Assembly (NCBI GenBank): GCA_943354005.1
Contig: CALRBE010000005.1
Span: 21,910-85,909, forward strand
From: an uncultured Candidatus Saccharimonas sp.
GTDB lineage: Bacteria; Patescibacteriota; Saccharimonadia; Saccharimonadales; AWTP1-31
DNA: 64,000 bases
Reading direction: 5' to 3'
Shown: positions 39,239 through 48,597 of the stretch, one piece after another
How the letters are laid out: the number at the start of each line of letters is the position of its first letter
Numbering within the stretch: position 1 is the first letter of the stretch
The notes under the pieces: generated by a model
Databases searched by the model: none
What the model was told of the DNA's origin: nothing
Seen by the model: the letters and a program-made list of their open reading frames with translations, nothing else
Position numbers and translations under genes: made by a program

Positions 39239-39718
39239 ATGAGAATATTGGGAATTGATCCAGGAACTGGTATCTTGGGTTTTGGCGTTATTGATGTTGA
39301 TAAATCTTCCAAGATGAAGCTTGTCGATGCTGGAGTAATAAGAACTCCAGTTCACGAAGATGACTCTGTTCGACTGCTTACAATATATAATGAACTAAAA
39401 TCAATTATTCTCGAATTTAAGCCTGAAGTAATGTCTGTCGAAAAACTTTTTTTTGCACGTAACGTAACTACGGCTATGACTGTTTCACAGGCCCGGGGAG
39501 TAGTGTTGCTGCTAGGGATGCAGCACGAGCTAGAGCTACACGAATTTACTCCTATGCAAATAAAACAAGCAGTGACAGGCTATGGCGGGGCTGATAAAAA
39601 ACAGATTCAAGAAATGGTTCGCGTACTACTGCAGCTTAAAGAAATACCTAAGCCCGATGACGCAGCAGATGCATTAGCGGCCGCAATATGCTGCAGTATG
39701 ACTTTACGAATCTCTTAA
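39239..39718 (+). CDS. ruvC: crossover junction endodeoxyribonuclease RuvC
   Basis: MRILGIDPGT... and C-terminal DAADALA motifs. Confidence 0.93.
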   Translation: MRILGIDPGTGILGFGVIDVDKSSKMKLVDAGVIRTPVHEDDSVRLLTIYNELKSIILEFKPEVMSVEKLFFARNVTTAMTVSQARGVVLLLGMQHELELHEFTPMQIKQAVTGYGGADKKQIQEMVRVLLQLKEIPKPDDAADALAAAICCSMTLRIS

Positions 39719-39763
39719 TATAGATTTACTGTACAATACAATAAACCAAGTAGGGGAGTAGAT

Positions 39764-40339
39764 ATGATCGCATCATTAACAGGAATAGTTACAGAACATG
39801 CTGATAAAATGATAATCCTGGATGTTCATGGCGTAGGCTATGGAGTATTAGTCACGTCTACCGATCAGGGGGTGTTGTCAGCTGGAAAAGAAGCAAAGTT
39901 GTATATTTATGAAAATATCAAAGAAGATACCTACGACCTTATTGGCTTTAGGCTTAAAACTACTAAACATCTTTTCGAACAGCTTCTTCAGGTTAAGAAT
40001 GTTGGGCCTAAAGTAGCGCTCTCAATCCTAGATATTGGCTCGGACGAACGAGTAAAAGAATCAATAGCCAATGGGGATGTTAAATTTCTTCAGACTGCAA
40101 AAGGTGTCGGTAGACGTGCTGCAGAACAGGTTGTTGTGGAACTGCGCGATAAAGTTGGTGTTAGTGTTGGTGCTGCTGCGGACAACATAGTGCACCGCGG
40201 AGGAATCGAAACGCAGGATGAAGCTATTCAAGCGCTCGTAGCTCTTGGCTACAGTGATGCCGATGCACACACAACTCTAACTGGTATACCGAAAGATCTT
40301 CCGCTCGAAGAACGTATCCGACAAGCACTTAAAAAGTAA
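39764..40339 (+). CDS. ruvA: Holliday junction helicase subunit RuvA
   Basis: MIASLTG...GVGY start, HhH motifs (VGPKVALSIL, KGVGRRAAEQ). Confidence 0.93.
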   Translation: MIASLTGIVTEHADKMIILDVHGVGYGVLVTSTDQGVLSAGKEAKLYIYENIKEDTYDLIGFRLKTTKHLFEQLLQVKNVGPKVALSILDIGSDERVKESIANGDVKFLQTAKGVGRRAAEQVVVELRDKVGVSVGAAADNIVHRGGIETQDEAIQALVALGYSDADAHTTLTGIPKDLPLEERIRQALKK

Positions 40340-40340
40340 T

Positions 40341-40955
40341 TTAAATTGTACCGAGTTCAATCGGTTCTAGTAAAACTCCCCCGATTTTTGTCAGAAAAGA
40401 ATTAAGAATGAGCTCACGTCTTCGAGTCATCTCTTCGGTTTCCGTAGCTAGATCAAGCCAGCCAAATATTATATTCTGGGGAGTATCTTGAAATTTAGTT
40501 GCTCCAAGCATCTTAGCTGTACGCTTAAATTCAGTAGGTAAAAATTGATCTTCTTTAATCGTTCTGAGTTCTAATGATAATCCGCGAATACCTCGATATT
40601 CACCTTTTCTTTTGTTGAAGCCTTGAGATCTTGCCTCTAATTCAATTGGAGTGCGAGATTTACCAAGACGCTCACCAATAGGTAGAAATTTTATATCATA
40701 AGGCACTGCTGCAATCTGCTTGTCTGCAGGTGATTGGCTTAGCATCTCTTCTATGGTGACGTGCTCAGGATCATTCTTTACCCTATCCATAACAGCAACA
40801 CTAGATTCAACACTCATAACACGAAACCTTCTTATAGGGCCTAATTCGAGCGGCCTAATATAACTCTCAGAATCACTTAAATCATGAATCACTTCGTTGA
40901 GCTGGTCTATATAGGCAATGTCTAAAGGACGGTAAAAATCGGGTTTATGAATCAT
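40341..40955 (-). CDS. hypothetical protein
   Basis: 204 aa from the ATG at 40955, with TGgTACAAT upstream. The longer track ORF would overlap ruvB. Confidence 0.45.
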   Translation of the reverse strand: MIHKPDFYRPLDIAYIDQLNEVIHDLSDSESYIRPLELGPIRRFRVMSVESSVAVMDRVKNDPEHVTIEEMLSQSPADKQIAAVPYDIKFLPIGERLGKSRTPIELEARSQGFNKRKGEYRGIRGLSLELRTIKEDQFLPTEFKRTAKMLGATKFQDTPQNIIFGWLDLATETEEMTRRRELILNSFLTKIGGVLLEPIELGTI

Positions 40956-41051
40956 AATAAGTATATTGTACCATAATCTATGAATAATTACAATAAGCTT
41001 GAAAGGTAAGTTTATTCGACGCTCTTCTTGTAATAACGTAAAATAATAGGT

Positions 41052-42062
41052 ATGGCAATTGAAAGAATAGTAAGTGCAATGGCGGTTGATGAGGTTGAAG
41101 TTGATCAAGAGCTTGACCAGACTCTTAGACCGAAGGATTTTGATAATTACATAGGCCAAAAACGACTGAAACAAAATCTGAAGCTTGCCATTGATGCTGC
41201 AAAAAAAAGAGGTGAGCAATTAGACCATATTCTTCTGTACGGTCCTCCTGGGTTAGGCAAGACTACAATGGCTAGTGTTATCGCTCACGAGATGGGAGCC
41301 CAGATAAGAATTACAAGTGGCCCGGCGATTGAACGTGCCGGTGACCTTGCAAGCCTACTGACTAATTTGCAAGAAGGCGACATTTTATTTATTGATGAGG
41401 TCCACAGACTTCACAGGACTGTAGAAGAAATTCTCTACAGCGCAATGGAGGACTTTAAACTGGACATAATGTTAGGTAAAGGACCGAGCGCCAAAAGTCT
41501 ACGGCTTGATATACCTAAATTTACTCTTATTGGAGCAACAACCCGAACCGGAGCTCTTGCTGCACCATTACGTGATCGCTTCGGTATGATTCACAGGCTA
41601 GAATTTTATTCAGACGAAGAGGTCTCACAGATTATTCGAAGGGCGGCTCAGATTTTACAGATCTCTATTACTCCCGATGCTTCTGAACAACTTGCTTTAC
41701 GATCACGATTAACCCCTCGAATTGCAAACCGACTGCTAAAGCGTGTTCGCGACTATGCTGATATAAATGGCGACGGCATCATTGACGCCAGTATTAGTCA
41801 GAAGGCGCTAGAACTACTTGAGGTTGATGAGTTAGGACTAGATCCCGGAGATAGAATGTTGCTTCTGGCAATAATTGATAACTACAATGGTGGTCCTGTT
41901 GGTGTTGAGACATTAGCCGCTTTAACCGCTGAGGAACGAAGTACTATTGAAGACTTTTACGAGCCGTACCTTATGCAAATAGGTCTAATAGAACGAACCT
42001 CACGCGGACGAAAGGTCACCCCTAAAGCCTATCGTCATCTTGGTAAAAAACAGGGCCAATAA
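41052..42062 (+). CDS. ruvB: Holliday junction helicase RuvB
   Basis: Walker [10 protein letters not shown] and Walker B FIDEVHR. TAAAAT lies 7 nt before the ATG. Confidence 0.97.
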   Translation: MAIERIVSAMAVDEVEVDQELDQTLRPKDFDNYIGQKRLKQNLKLAIDAAKKRGEQLDHILLYGPPGLGKTTMASVIAHEMGAQIRITSGPAIERAGDLASLLTNLQEGDILFIDEVHRLHRTVEEILYSAMEDFKLDIMLGKGPSAKSLRLDIPKFTLIGATTRTGALAAPLRDRFGMIHRLEFYSDEEVSQIIRRAAQILQISITPDASEQLALRSRLTPRIANRLLKRVRDYADINGDGIIDASISQKALELLEVDELGLDPGDRMLLLAIIDNYNGGPVGVETLAALTAEERSTIEDFYEPYLMQIGLIERTSRGRKVTPKAYRHLGKKQGQ

Positions 42063-42083
42063 TATAGCTGGTAATGCTATAAT

Positions 42084-42758
42084 GTGCGTAATATGGAACA
42101 TCAATCATCTAAGCAAGATTTTAGTATTACTCTAAATAAAATAAATCCAAATGAAAAAGTAGTCGCTGTTATCAAAAGACATCCTTTTGGCATCATTAAA
42201 CTATATATATCTGCTGTCCTCGGACTGATATTGGCCGGTGGATTACTGCTATTCGTAATGAGCGATCTTGTTCCTAGAGAAGATAACCCAGATATTTATG
42301 CGATAATAGGAGCTTTAACGGTTGTTGTCGTGGGCTTCATGATCGTCATCATGCTAATAGCTACAATAATCTATTACAAGAGTAGTTTTGTGATAACTGA
42401 CCAGTCAATAAAACAGACGTTACAGATTAGTCTGTTCAACAAAAAAATATCCCAGCTTAACGTTGCCGAAATTCATGATGTTACTGTAGAAAAAAAAGGT
42501 GTTCTACCTACTTTCTTTAACTATGGAAGGCTACTAGTGGAAACTGCTGGAGAGCAAGAGAACTTTCACTTTGACTATTGTCCAAACCCAGATCATTACG
42601 CAAAGATAATCCTTGATGGCCGACAACTTTATATTTCTGGACACGAGTTAAAAATGCAGGCGCCTCATCCTCAGCAACCCCAAGCTCCACAACAACAATA
42701 TGCACAACCTCAGTACGAAGCTCCTCAGCAACCCCAAGCTCCAAATCAATACCAGTAG
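42084..42758 (+). CDS. bacterial PH-domain membrane protein with Q/P-rich tail
   Basis: TM hairpin plus a bPH-like segment. The start is either the GTG at 42084 or the ATG at 42093. Confidence 0.55.
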   Translation: MRNMEHQSSKQDFSITLNKINPNEKVVAVIKRHPFGIIKLYISAVLGLILAGGLLLFVMSDLVPREDNPDIYAIIGALTVVVVGFMIVIMLIATIIYYKSSFVITDQSIKQTLQISLFNKKISQLNVAEIHDVTVEKKGVLPTFFNYGRLLVETAGEQENFHFDYCPNPDHYAKIILDGRQLYISGHELKMQAPHPQQPQAPQQQYAQPQYEAPQQPQAPNQYQ

Positions 42759-42760
42759 AA

Positions 42761-43210
42761 CTAGTTGGTATTGTTCCTAGTGAATGTACCAGATCCTTCT
42801 AGGGTCGCAGTTAATACATACTGTGTACAATCTTTTGCTGTATTGTCGCAAGGAGTATTGTCTGCTGATTTTACGTCATAAGCATAGATATTTTTAGTAG
42901 GCTTATCCACCAACTCTTCATTACTTCCTTGAGGATCCTTAAGCCAGTCATTCTCCATTGATTTTAGCGCTGTCTTACGCCATGCGGCGTCATTCATATT
43001 TGCAAGTGTTGGGTACTTAGCATTTTGCGCAAAGTAGCTCTCAAGTTGCAAATAGATTGCTTTTATGTCATTTTGACGTTCATTGTTACGTTCTTTCTGC
43101 TTAAAGCTACTCGATGTAGAGAGCAATAAGAATGAAAGAAAACCAATAATTAGGATAACCACCATTAGTTCAATGATCGTAAATCCTCTTTCTTCTTTGC
43201 GTAATTTCAT
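42761..43210 (-). CDS. type IV pilin
   Basis: Class III signal MKLRKEERG|FTIIELMVV with Glu at +5, and a C-terminal Cys pair. Confidence 0.9.
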   Translation of the reverse strand: MKLRKEERGFTIIELMVVILIIGFLSFLLLSTSSSFKQKERNNERQNDIKAIYLQLESYFAQNAKYPTLANMNDAAWRKTALKSMENDWLKDPQGSNEELVDKPTKNIYAYDVKSADNTPCDNTAKDCTQYVLTATLEGSGTFTRNNTN

Positions 43211-43273
43211 GTTTAACCTTTCGTGAGTATATTGAATGTTCTATTGTTCATTATAAACGTAAGAAATTCATGG

Positions 43274-45034
43274 TCAATATGCGGATTGTTGAGACCGCTC
43301 TATTTCATCAAGTGTTGTTAGTCCACGAAAAACTTTAATAAGACCATCAATTGCAAAAGGTATCATCCCTTCTTCAATAGCGCGAGCTGTAATATCTTTA
43401 GTGTCTGTACCCTTTACAATGGACGCTTTAAGGGTTGTGGACATTTGCATTACTTCAAAGATACCAATGAGTCCTGTAAATCCGGTTTCATTACAGCTGT
43501 CGCAACCTTCAGGGTTAGGCTCCCATATCGACTGTATTTTATTATTTGTAGTTACGAGGCTATCGCTACCCCCGATGCCCGAAGAAGCGGCTGCTTTTTC
43601 AATCAAGTGAATATCTTCAAAAGAATAGAGAGGGAATTGCTCTATAATAGCTTGGACTCTTTTGACAGTCGTTTCATCGGCAGGTACTTTGATCCTGCAG
43701 TTCTGACATAAGGAACGAACAAGTCGCTGCCCAATGATACAACGGAGGACGTGTGCGATATCATGATTTTGTATAGATAAACTCCTGAGCTTAGAAACAG
43801 CCGCTGGAGCTGAAGAAGCCACTATACCACTACAGATTAGTTGACGATCTTCAGAAGCTGCAATGGCATATTTTGCAGTTTGAGAATCCTGTAGCCTCTG
43901 AAGAAGAATTATGTCCGGATCTTGTTTTACGCTGGCTGCAAATGCTGTACTCCAGGACATGCCATTTTTCTTTCCCACCGTAACATGTGAAATGTAAGGC
44001 TCCGAAAATGATAACTCATCTTCTATAGCTATCATCGAGACGTGCGTTGAGTGCATTGTACGAAGGAATGAATGAAGCGTTGATGTTTTACCTGATTTAC
44101 CAGGTCCAGCTACTAAAATGAGCCCATTGTTGTGCGAGAGAATACTCTTAGTTCTTGTCAGCGCTGGCCCCCAGAGACCAAGCGATTCAAGACTTGGGAT
44201 AGAAGAAGTTCTAGCTTGCATGTGCAAATAGATTTTTTGTCCATCTAGTACTGGTAGGACTGACACATCAATCTGAAATTCGGTATCTTCGTGCATGTAC
44301 TGAAAAAAACCTTCTTTTGGTTTCGTTCTATTATCTTTACTTAAGTTTGCTAAGTCATTCATTAGAAAATCCGACAGAGCACCGTACTGGCCTGAAGATA
44401 ACGGATGAAAACCTTGCAATCTACCATCTATACGAAATCTTATTTGCGCATGATTATCATAAGGCTCAATATGAATATCTGTAGCGCTTAGATTAAGGGC
44501 TTGTTTCAGAAGCTCATTTATTAATTCTTCACCTGAGCCTGAGTTTTTTCCGATAATAGGCATTTTTTTTATTTTAACTATTGGCCCTATTTGACTATCG
44601 AGACTTCGATATTGATTAAGCCATCTTTCAATGCCGGCTTGAGTAGCTAGATTTACCTGAATTGATTTTTTAGTGTACTTCTCAATTATTCTTATAATAT
44701 TGTCATCTAGCTTTTCAGCGCATGCCACGTTGAAACTTCCATCAGTATTGATACTAAATACGACTGCACTATACCTTCGAGCAATACGTTCAGGTATTTT
44801 CTTGAGAAGTTCAAGATTTATCGATAGCAAATCCAAGTCGATGTACGGCATCTTGATGTGACGCGCGTATAACTTAACCAAATCCGCCTCACTGACGAGA
44901 CCAGACATTGTTACGATATCCTGCATAGGCCTATTAGTAGCCTTCTCTTGAGCGCGCAAATCCGCAACCTGATCCTCAGAGAGTTTACGGGTTGTTGCAA
45001 CTAATTGTAGGACTAACGTATCGGATATTCGCAT
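43274..45034 (-). CDS. PilB/GspE-family type IV pilus ATPase homolog (catalytic motifs divergent)
   Basis: T2SSE N-terminal domain, Walker A GPGKSGKT, and a tetracysteine motif CQNC...CDSC. The Walker B region reads DPDIILLQRLQD and the His-box region reads EDRQLICSGIVASS. Confidence 0.8.
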   Translation of the reverse strand: MRISDTLVLQLVATTRKLSEDQVADLRAQEKATNRPMQDIVTMSGLVSEADLVKLYARHIKMPYIDLDLLSINLELLKKIPERIARRYSAVVFSINTDGSFNVACAEKLDDNIIRIIEKYTKKSIQVNLATQAGIERWLNQYRSLDSQIGPIVKIKKMPIIGKNSGSGEELINELLKQALNLSATDIHIEPYDNHAQIRFRIDGRLQGFHPLSSGQYGALSDFLMNDLANLSKDNRTKPKEGFFQYMHEDTEFQIDVSVLPVLDGQKIYLHMQARTSSIPSLESLGLWGPALTRTKSILSHNNGLILVAGPGKSGKTSTLHSFLRTMHSTHVSMIAIEDELSFSEPYISHVTVGKKNGMSWSTAFAASVKQDPDIILLQRLQDSQTAKYAIAASEDRQLICSGIVASSAPAAVSKLRSLSIQNHDIAHVLRCIIGQRLVRSLCQNCRIKVPADETTVKRVQAIIEQFPLYSFEDIHLIEKAAASSGIGGSDSLVTTNNKIQSIWEPNPEGCDSCNETGFTGLIGIFEVMQMSTTLKASIVKGTDTKDITARAIEEGMIPFAIDGLIKVFRGLTTLDEIERSQQSAY

Positions 45035-45189
45035 AACTATTATCTAGTATAAGCCATAACTCTTTTGCTATGAAAATAACCATAAGCAATTAACATTGCA
45101 ATAGAGCTTGCTATACTATTTAGTACACAACGTAGTGATGCGATGTGAAAACGAAAAAACATAGGTTTTATAAGTAGGAGGGTAGAAAA

Positions 45190-46227
45190 ATGGCAGATAA
45201 AAAAGTTAAACAAGAAAAAGTCGCAAAGACTGAACCAGCGGAAACTGGAAAAGCTAAGGCCCTTGGCCTGGCTCTTGAAGTAATTGAAAAACAGTTCGGT
45301 AAAGGCTCCATTATGAAAATGGGGGATGCGCATAAGCAAAAAGTCGAGTGTATCCCAACCGGTAGCCTCTCTCTAGACATTGCACTAGGCGGTGGTATTC
45401 CTAAAGGCCGAGTTGTTGAGATATATGGACCTGAATCAAGTGGTAAAACGACATTAACACTTCATGCAATCGCTGAAGTTCAACGTATGGGTGGCACAGC
45501 GGCATTTATCGATGCTGAGCATGCACTTGATCCTGCGTATGCCAAGCGTATTGGCGTAGACGTTGAGAATCTACTTCTCAGCCAACCGGACAATGGGGAG
45601 CAAGCTCTCGAGATTGTTGAGACACTAGTCCGCAGTAATGCAGTTGACCTTATTGTCGTCGACTCAGTCGCGGCTCTTGTGCCTCGAGCTGAAATTGAGG
45701 GAGATATGGGAGATAGTCATATGGGACTACAGGCTCGACTTATGAGCCAAGCACTCCGTAAGCTAACAGGAGTCATTAGCCGATCAAAAGCTACGGTTAT
45801 ATTTATTAATCAGATTCGTATGAAAATCGGAGTTATGTTTGGAAACCCTGAAACTACAACAGGTGGAAATGCACTTAAATTCTACGCATCAGTTCGAGTA
45901 GATATTCGACGCATTGCACAGATTAAACAGGGCGAAGCTATTATAGGTAACAGAACGCGAGTGAAGGTTGTAAAGAATAAGATTGCTCCGCCATTTAGGC
46001 AGGCTGAATTCGACATTATGTACAATCAAGGTATTTCACGTAGTGGCGATGTATTAGATCTTGCTGTGACCCATAATATTGTCGAAAAGTCAGGAGCTTG
46101 GTTTGCTTATAATGACGCCAAAATTGGTCAAGGACGTGAAGCAACAAAGAAATATCTTGAAGAGAACCCTAAAGTTCTAGATGAATTAGCTAAAAAAGTT
46201 ACTGAAGCCGTAACAAAAGAAGCATAG
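45190..46227 (+). CDS. recA: recombinase RecA
   Basis: GPESSGKTT and the [10 protein letters not shown] pattern. An SD (AGGAGG) lies upstream. Confidence 0.98.
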   Translation: MADKKVKQEKVAKTEPAETGKAKALGLALEVIEKQFGKGSIMKMGDAHKQKVECIPTGSLSLDIALGGGIPKGRVVEIYGPESSGKTTLTLHAIAEVQRMGGTAAFIDAEHALDPAYAKRIGVDVENLLLSQPDNGEQALEIVETLVRSNAVDLIVVDSVAALVPRAEIEGDMGDSHMGLQARLMSQALRKLTGVISRSKATVIFINQIRMKIGVMFGNPETTTGGNALKFYASVRVDIRRIAQIKQGEAIIGNRTRVKVVKNKIAPPFRQAEFDIMYNQGISRSGDVLDLAVTHNIVEKSGAWFAYNDAKIGQGREATKKYLEENPKVLDELAKKVTEAVTKEA

Positions 46228-46348
46228 TCACACTTCACTACAAGGAGATACGGTATGAGATGCGACCAACGCGAGTTAGAGCAAAAAACTGAAACTCAGG
46301 TAATCGCCGAAGAAGCCACTATAATCCTTGGCGAAAACTAGTATCTAA

Positions 46349-46945
46349 ATGCGTATTACAGCTATTAAGCAACAGGTCAAAGACCATAGCCGCTATTCGG
46401 TATTTGTTGACGATGTGTTTTCATTCGGCCTTAGTGAATCCGCGCTAATAGATAGTGGCATCAAAAAAGGTCAAGATATTACAGAACAAGAACTCGTAGC
46501 CTACAAGGACACCTCAGTCCTCGATATTGGATACAATAAGGCGCTTGGTCTAATCTCCAGAAGATTGCGAAGCGAATGGGAGATACGAGAATATCTAAAA
46601 ACAAAAGCATATGATCCTGAACAAATCGATCAGATAGTTGAACGCTTGACTAAGCGCAACTGGCTTGACGATAGTAAATTCGCAACTATGTGGGCTGAAA
46701 ATAGACGTCAGCTCAAATCTGCCAGTCATCGTCGAATTACCCAGGAGCTTAAGATAAAACGTGTCTCAGAAGATATTATTCGTTCTGTTCTTGAAGCCGA
46801 TGATCATGATGATATTTCAATGTTAGGCGAACTAGTAGTTCGTAAGCGTCGCCAAACCCGTTACCAAGATGACCAAAAGCTACTTGCCTACCTTATACGC
46901 CAAGGCTATAACTATCAGGATGTAAAACAGGCCCTAGATATTTAA
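46349..46945 (+). CDS. recX: regulatory protein RecX
   Basis: 198 aa with the RecX helical-repeat pattern (RSEWEIREYL, WLDDSKFA), positioned after recA. Confidence 0.8.
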   Translation: MRITAIKQQVKDHSRYSVFVDDVFSFGLSESALIDSGIKKGQDITEQELVAYKDTSVLDIGYNKALGLISRRLRSEWEIREYLKTKAYDPEQIDQIVERLTKRNWLDDSKFATMWAENRRQLKSASHRRITQELKIKRVSEDIIRSVLEADDHDDISMLGELVVRKRRQTRYQDDQKLLAYLIRQGYNYQDVKQALDI

Positions 46946-47514
46946 CTAGCAGGTTGGGTGTTAAAAATTGGGACTGTTTCCTCAGCTTTTTCTACCGCAT
47001 CCTGGACAATGATCTCTTTATTGGTTATCTCAATTACTTGGTTGCGATCAATGCTGAGCGTTCCACCCATGAAGTGTTTGACAAGTGACTGACTCGAATA
47101 GATTTTCTTAATCATCATTGATTCTGGATCTACGGCATAATCCACTACCTTGCCTAGGCGTTTCTTGCTTTGGGTCCTAACCCTTTTACCAATGATCTCA
47201 AAATGGAGGTCAATAATCTTCTTAAGTCGAACTAGATCTTCGGGCTCTGCAAGGTCAGCGTGGTCATCAATAATAAGACCGGCAGTAAGCACGTCACGAA
47301 TATCTTTATGGAGAAGGACAAGCTGCTTACTTCGTTCTAATGAATCAGCGCAAAAAAATCCTTCAATGCGCAGATTGTTTGGATTAATAATAGCTTGCGT
47401 GGCAGTAGCAACCTGGCTGCTGGTACGTAAGCTCATAACTGGTCGTTGTAAGATCATTTTACTAAGCACTAACATAACAAGGTTTAGTATACATCTAGCC
47501 TGCAATTCATGCAC
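46942..47514 (-). CDS. PRC-barrel-like domain protein (start uncertain)
   Basis: IGKRVRTQSKKRLGKVVDYAVDPES..IKKIY resembles a PRC barrel. There are several candidate starts. Confidence 0.4.
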   Translation of the reverse strand: MHELQARCILNLVMLVLSKMILQRPVMSLRTSSQVATATQAIINPNNLRIEGFFCADSLERSKQLVLLHKDIRDVLTAGLIIDDHADLAEPEDLVRLKKIIDLHFEIIGKRVRTQSKKRLGKVVDYAVDPESMMIKKIYSSQSLVKHFMGGTLSIDRNQVIEITNKEIIVQDAVEKAEETVPIFNTQPAS

Positions 47515-47559
47515 TACCCTATTGCGATAACAGAGAACAACAGGTAATATTCATGCTAT

Positions 47560-48030
47560 ATGACAACTGATATTCACAGACTCATAAATACTCAAAGCGC
47601 TCTTGAAACCGAAGCTGTAGGTAAAAAAATTGGCTCGCATTTTAAAGGTGGTGAAGTTATTGAGCTGATAAGCGACTTAGGTGGCGGTAAGACTGCGTTG
47701 ACTCGAGGACTGGCCGAAGGTCTTGGTAGCACTGACCGAGTTATGAGCCCTACATTTACGATAAGCCGAGTGTACTCATCGGGCGCATTGCAAATGGTGC
47801 ATTATGACTTTTATCGCCTTGACGATCCAGGACTTTTGCGTCACGAGCTCGTAGAATCTCTAACCGATGACAGAACTATTACAGTTATTGAGTGGGCACA
47901 TGTCGTGAAGGATGTATTACCTAAAGAGCGGGTTACTATTAATATTAGAAAGACTGGAGAAGAGGCGAGGGAATTTAGTATTCATTATCCAGAAAGTTTA
48001 AGCTATCTCATGAAAGGCCTAGAAACTTAA
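47560..48030 (+). CDS. tsaE: tRNA t6A37 biosynthesis ATPase TsaE
   Basis: GDLGGGKTALTRGLAEGLG P-loop and SPTFT motif. Confidence 0.9.
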   Translation: MTTDIHRLINTQSALETEAVGKKIGSHFKGGEVIELISDLGGGKTALTRGLAEGLGSTDRVMSPTFTISRVYSSGALQMVHYDFYRLDDPGLLRHELVESLTDDRTITVIEWAHVVKDVLPKERVTINIRKTGEEAREFSIHYPESLSYLMKGLET

Positions 48031-48032
48031 CT

Positions 48033-48425
48033 ATGATCATTCTTGCACTTAGAACAGATAAACCAGAAGCTGAAATTGCACTATACGACGACTCAAAACT
48101 AATTGATAGCGTAAGTTGGGAAGCACACCGACAATTGGCAGAAACGATCCATCATAAGATTAAGGATCTATTAAGCTCACAGGGTAGTGATTGGTCCAAT
48201 ATCGAGGGCATCATTATATATAGAGGACCAGGTAGCTTTACGGGGCTTAGGATTGGTATGAGCGTGGCTAATGCACTAGCAAGTAGTCTGCAAATCCCTA
48301 TTATTAGCGAATCAGGAGAAGCATGGCTGGAAGAATCTTTGCAAAAAATTATAAATGGAAGTGACCAAAAGGTTGTTGTACCGGAGTACGGCAGCGAGCC
48401 ACACATTACGAAGCAGAGAAAATAA
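48033..48425 (+). CDS. tsaB: TsaB-like protein (N-terminal domain only)
   Basis: GPGSFTGLRIG motif. 130 aa versus about 230 aa typical. Confidence 0.75.
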   Translation: MIILALRTDKPEAEIALYDDSKLIDSVSWEAHRQLAETIHHKIKDLLSSQGSDWSNIEGIIIYRGPGSFTGLRIGMSVANALASSLQIPIISESGEAWLEESLQKIINGSDQKVVVPEYGSEPHITKQRK

Positions 48426-48597
48426 AGAAGCTTTATAAATCCTTTTGACAGAGAGACTGTGCTATTCTATAGGTAGGTTTTTATTAAAATCTGCGAATTT
48501 TTACTATAATTATAATTTTTGACAAGACAGTTACCCGTACGACTAAAGAAGTGATAGTGATGTCATTACGGTGCTAACAGATAGAAAGGACTAATAA

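Noticed and set aside
45035-45189. SOS/LexA box upstream of recA
   Set aside because: No CTGT-N8-ACAG or GAAC-N4-GTTC type palindrome could be found by eye, and no lexA gene is present in the window.
45040-45380. ORFs 45040-45339 and 45168-45380 (minus strand)
   Set aside because: They overlap the recA promoter and 5' coding region on the antisense strand, with hydrophobic low-complexity products.
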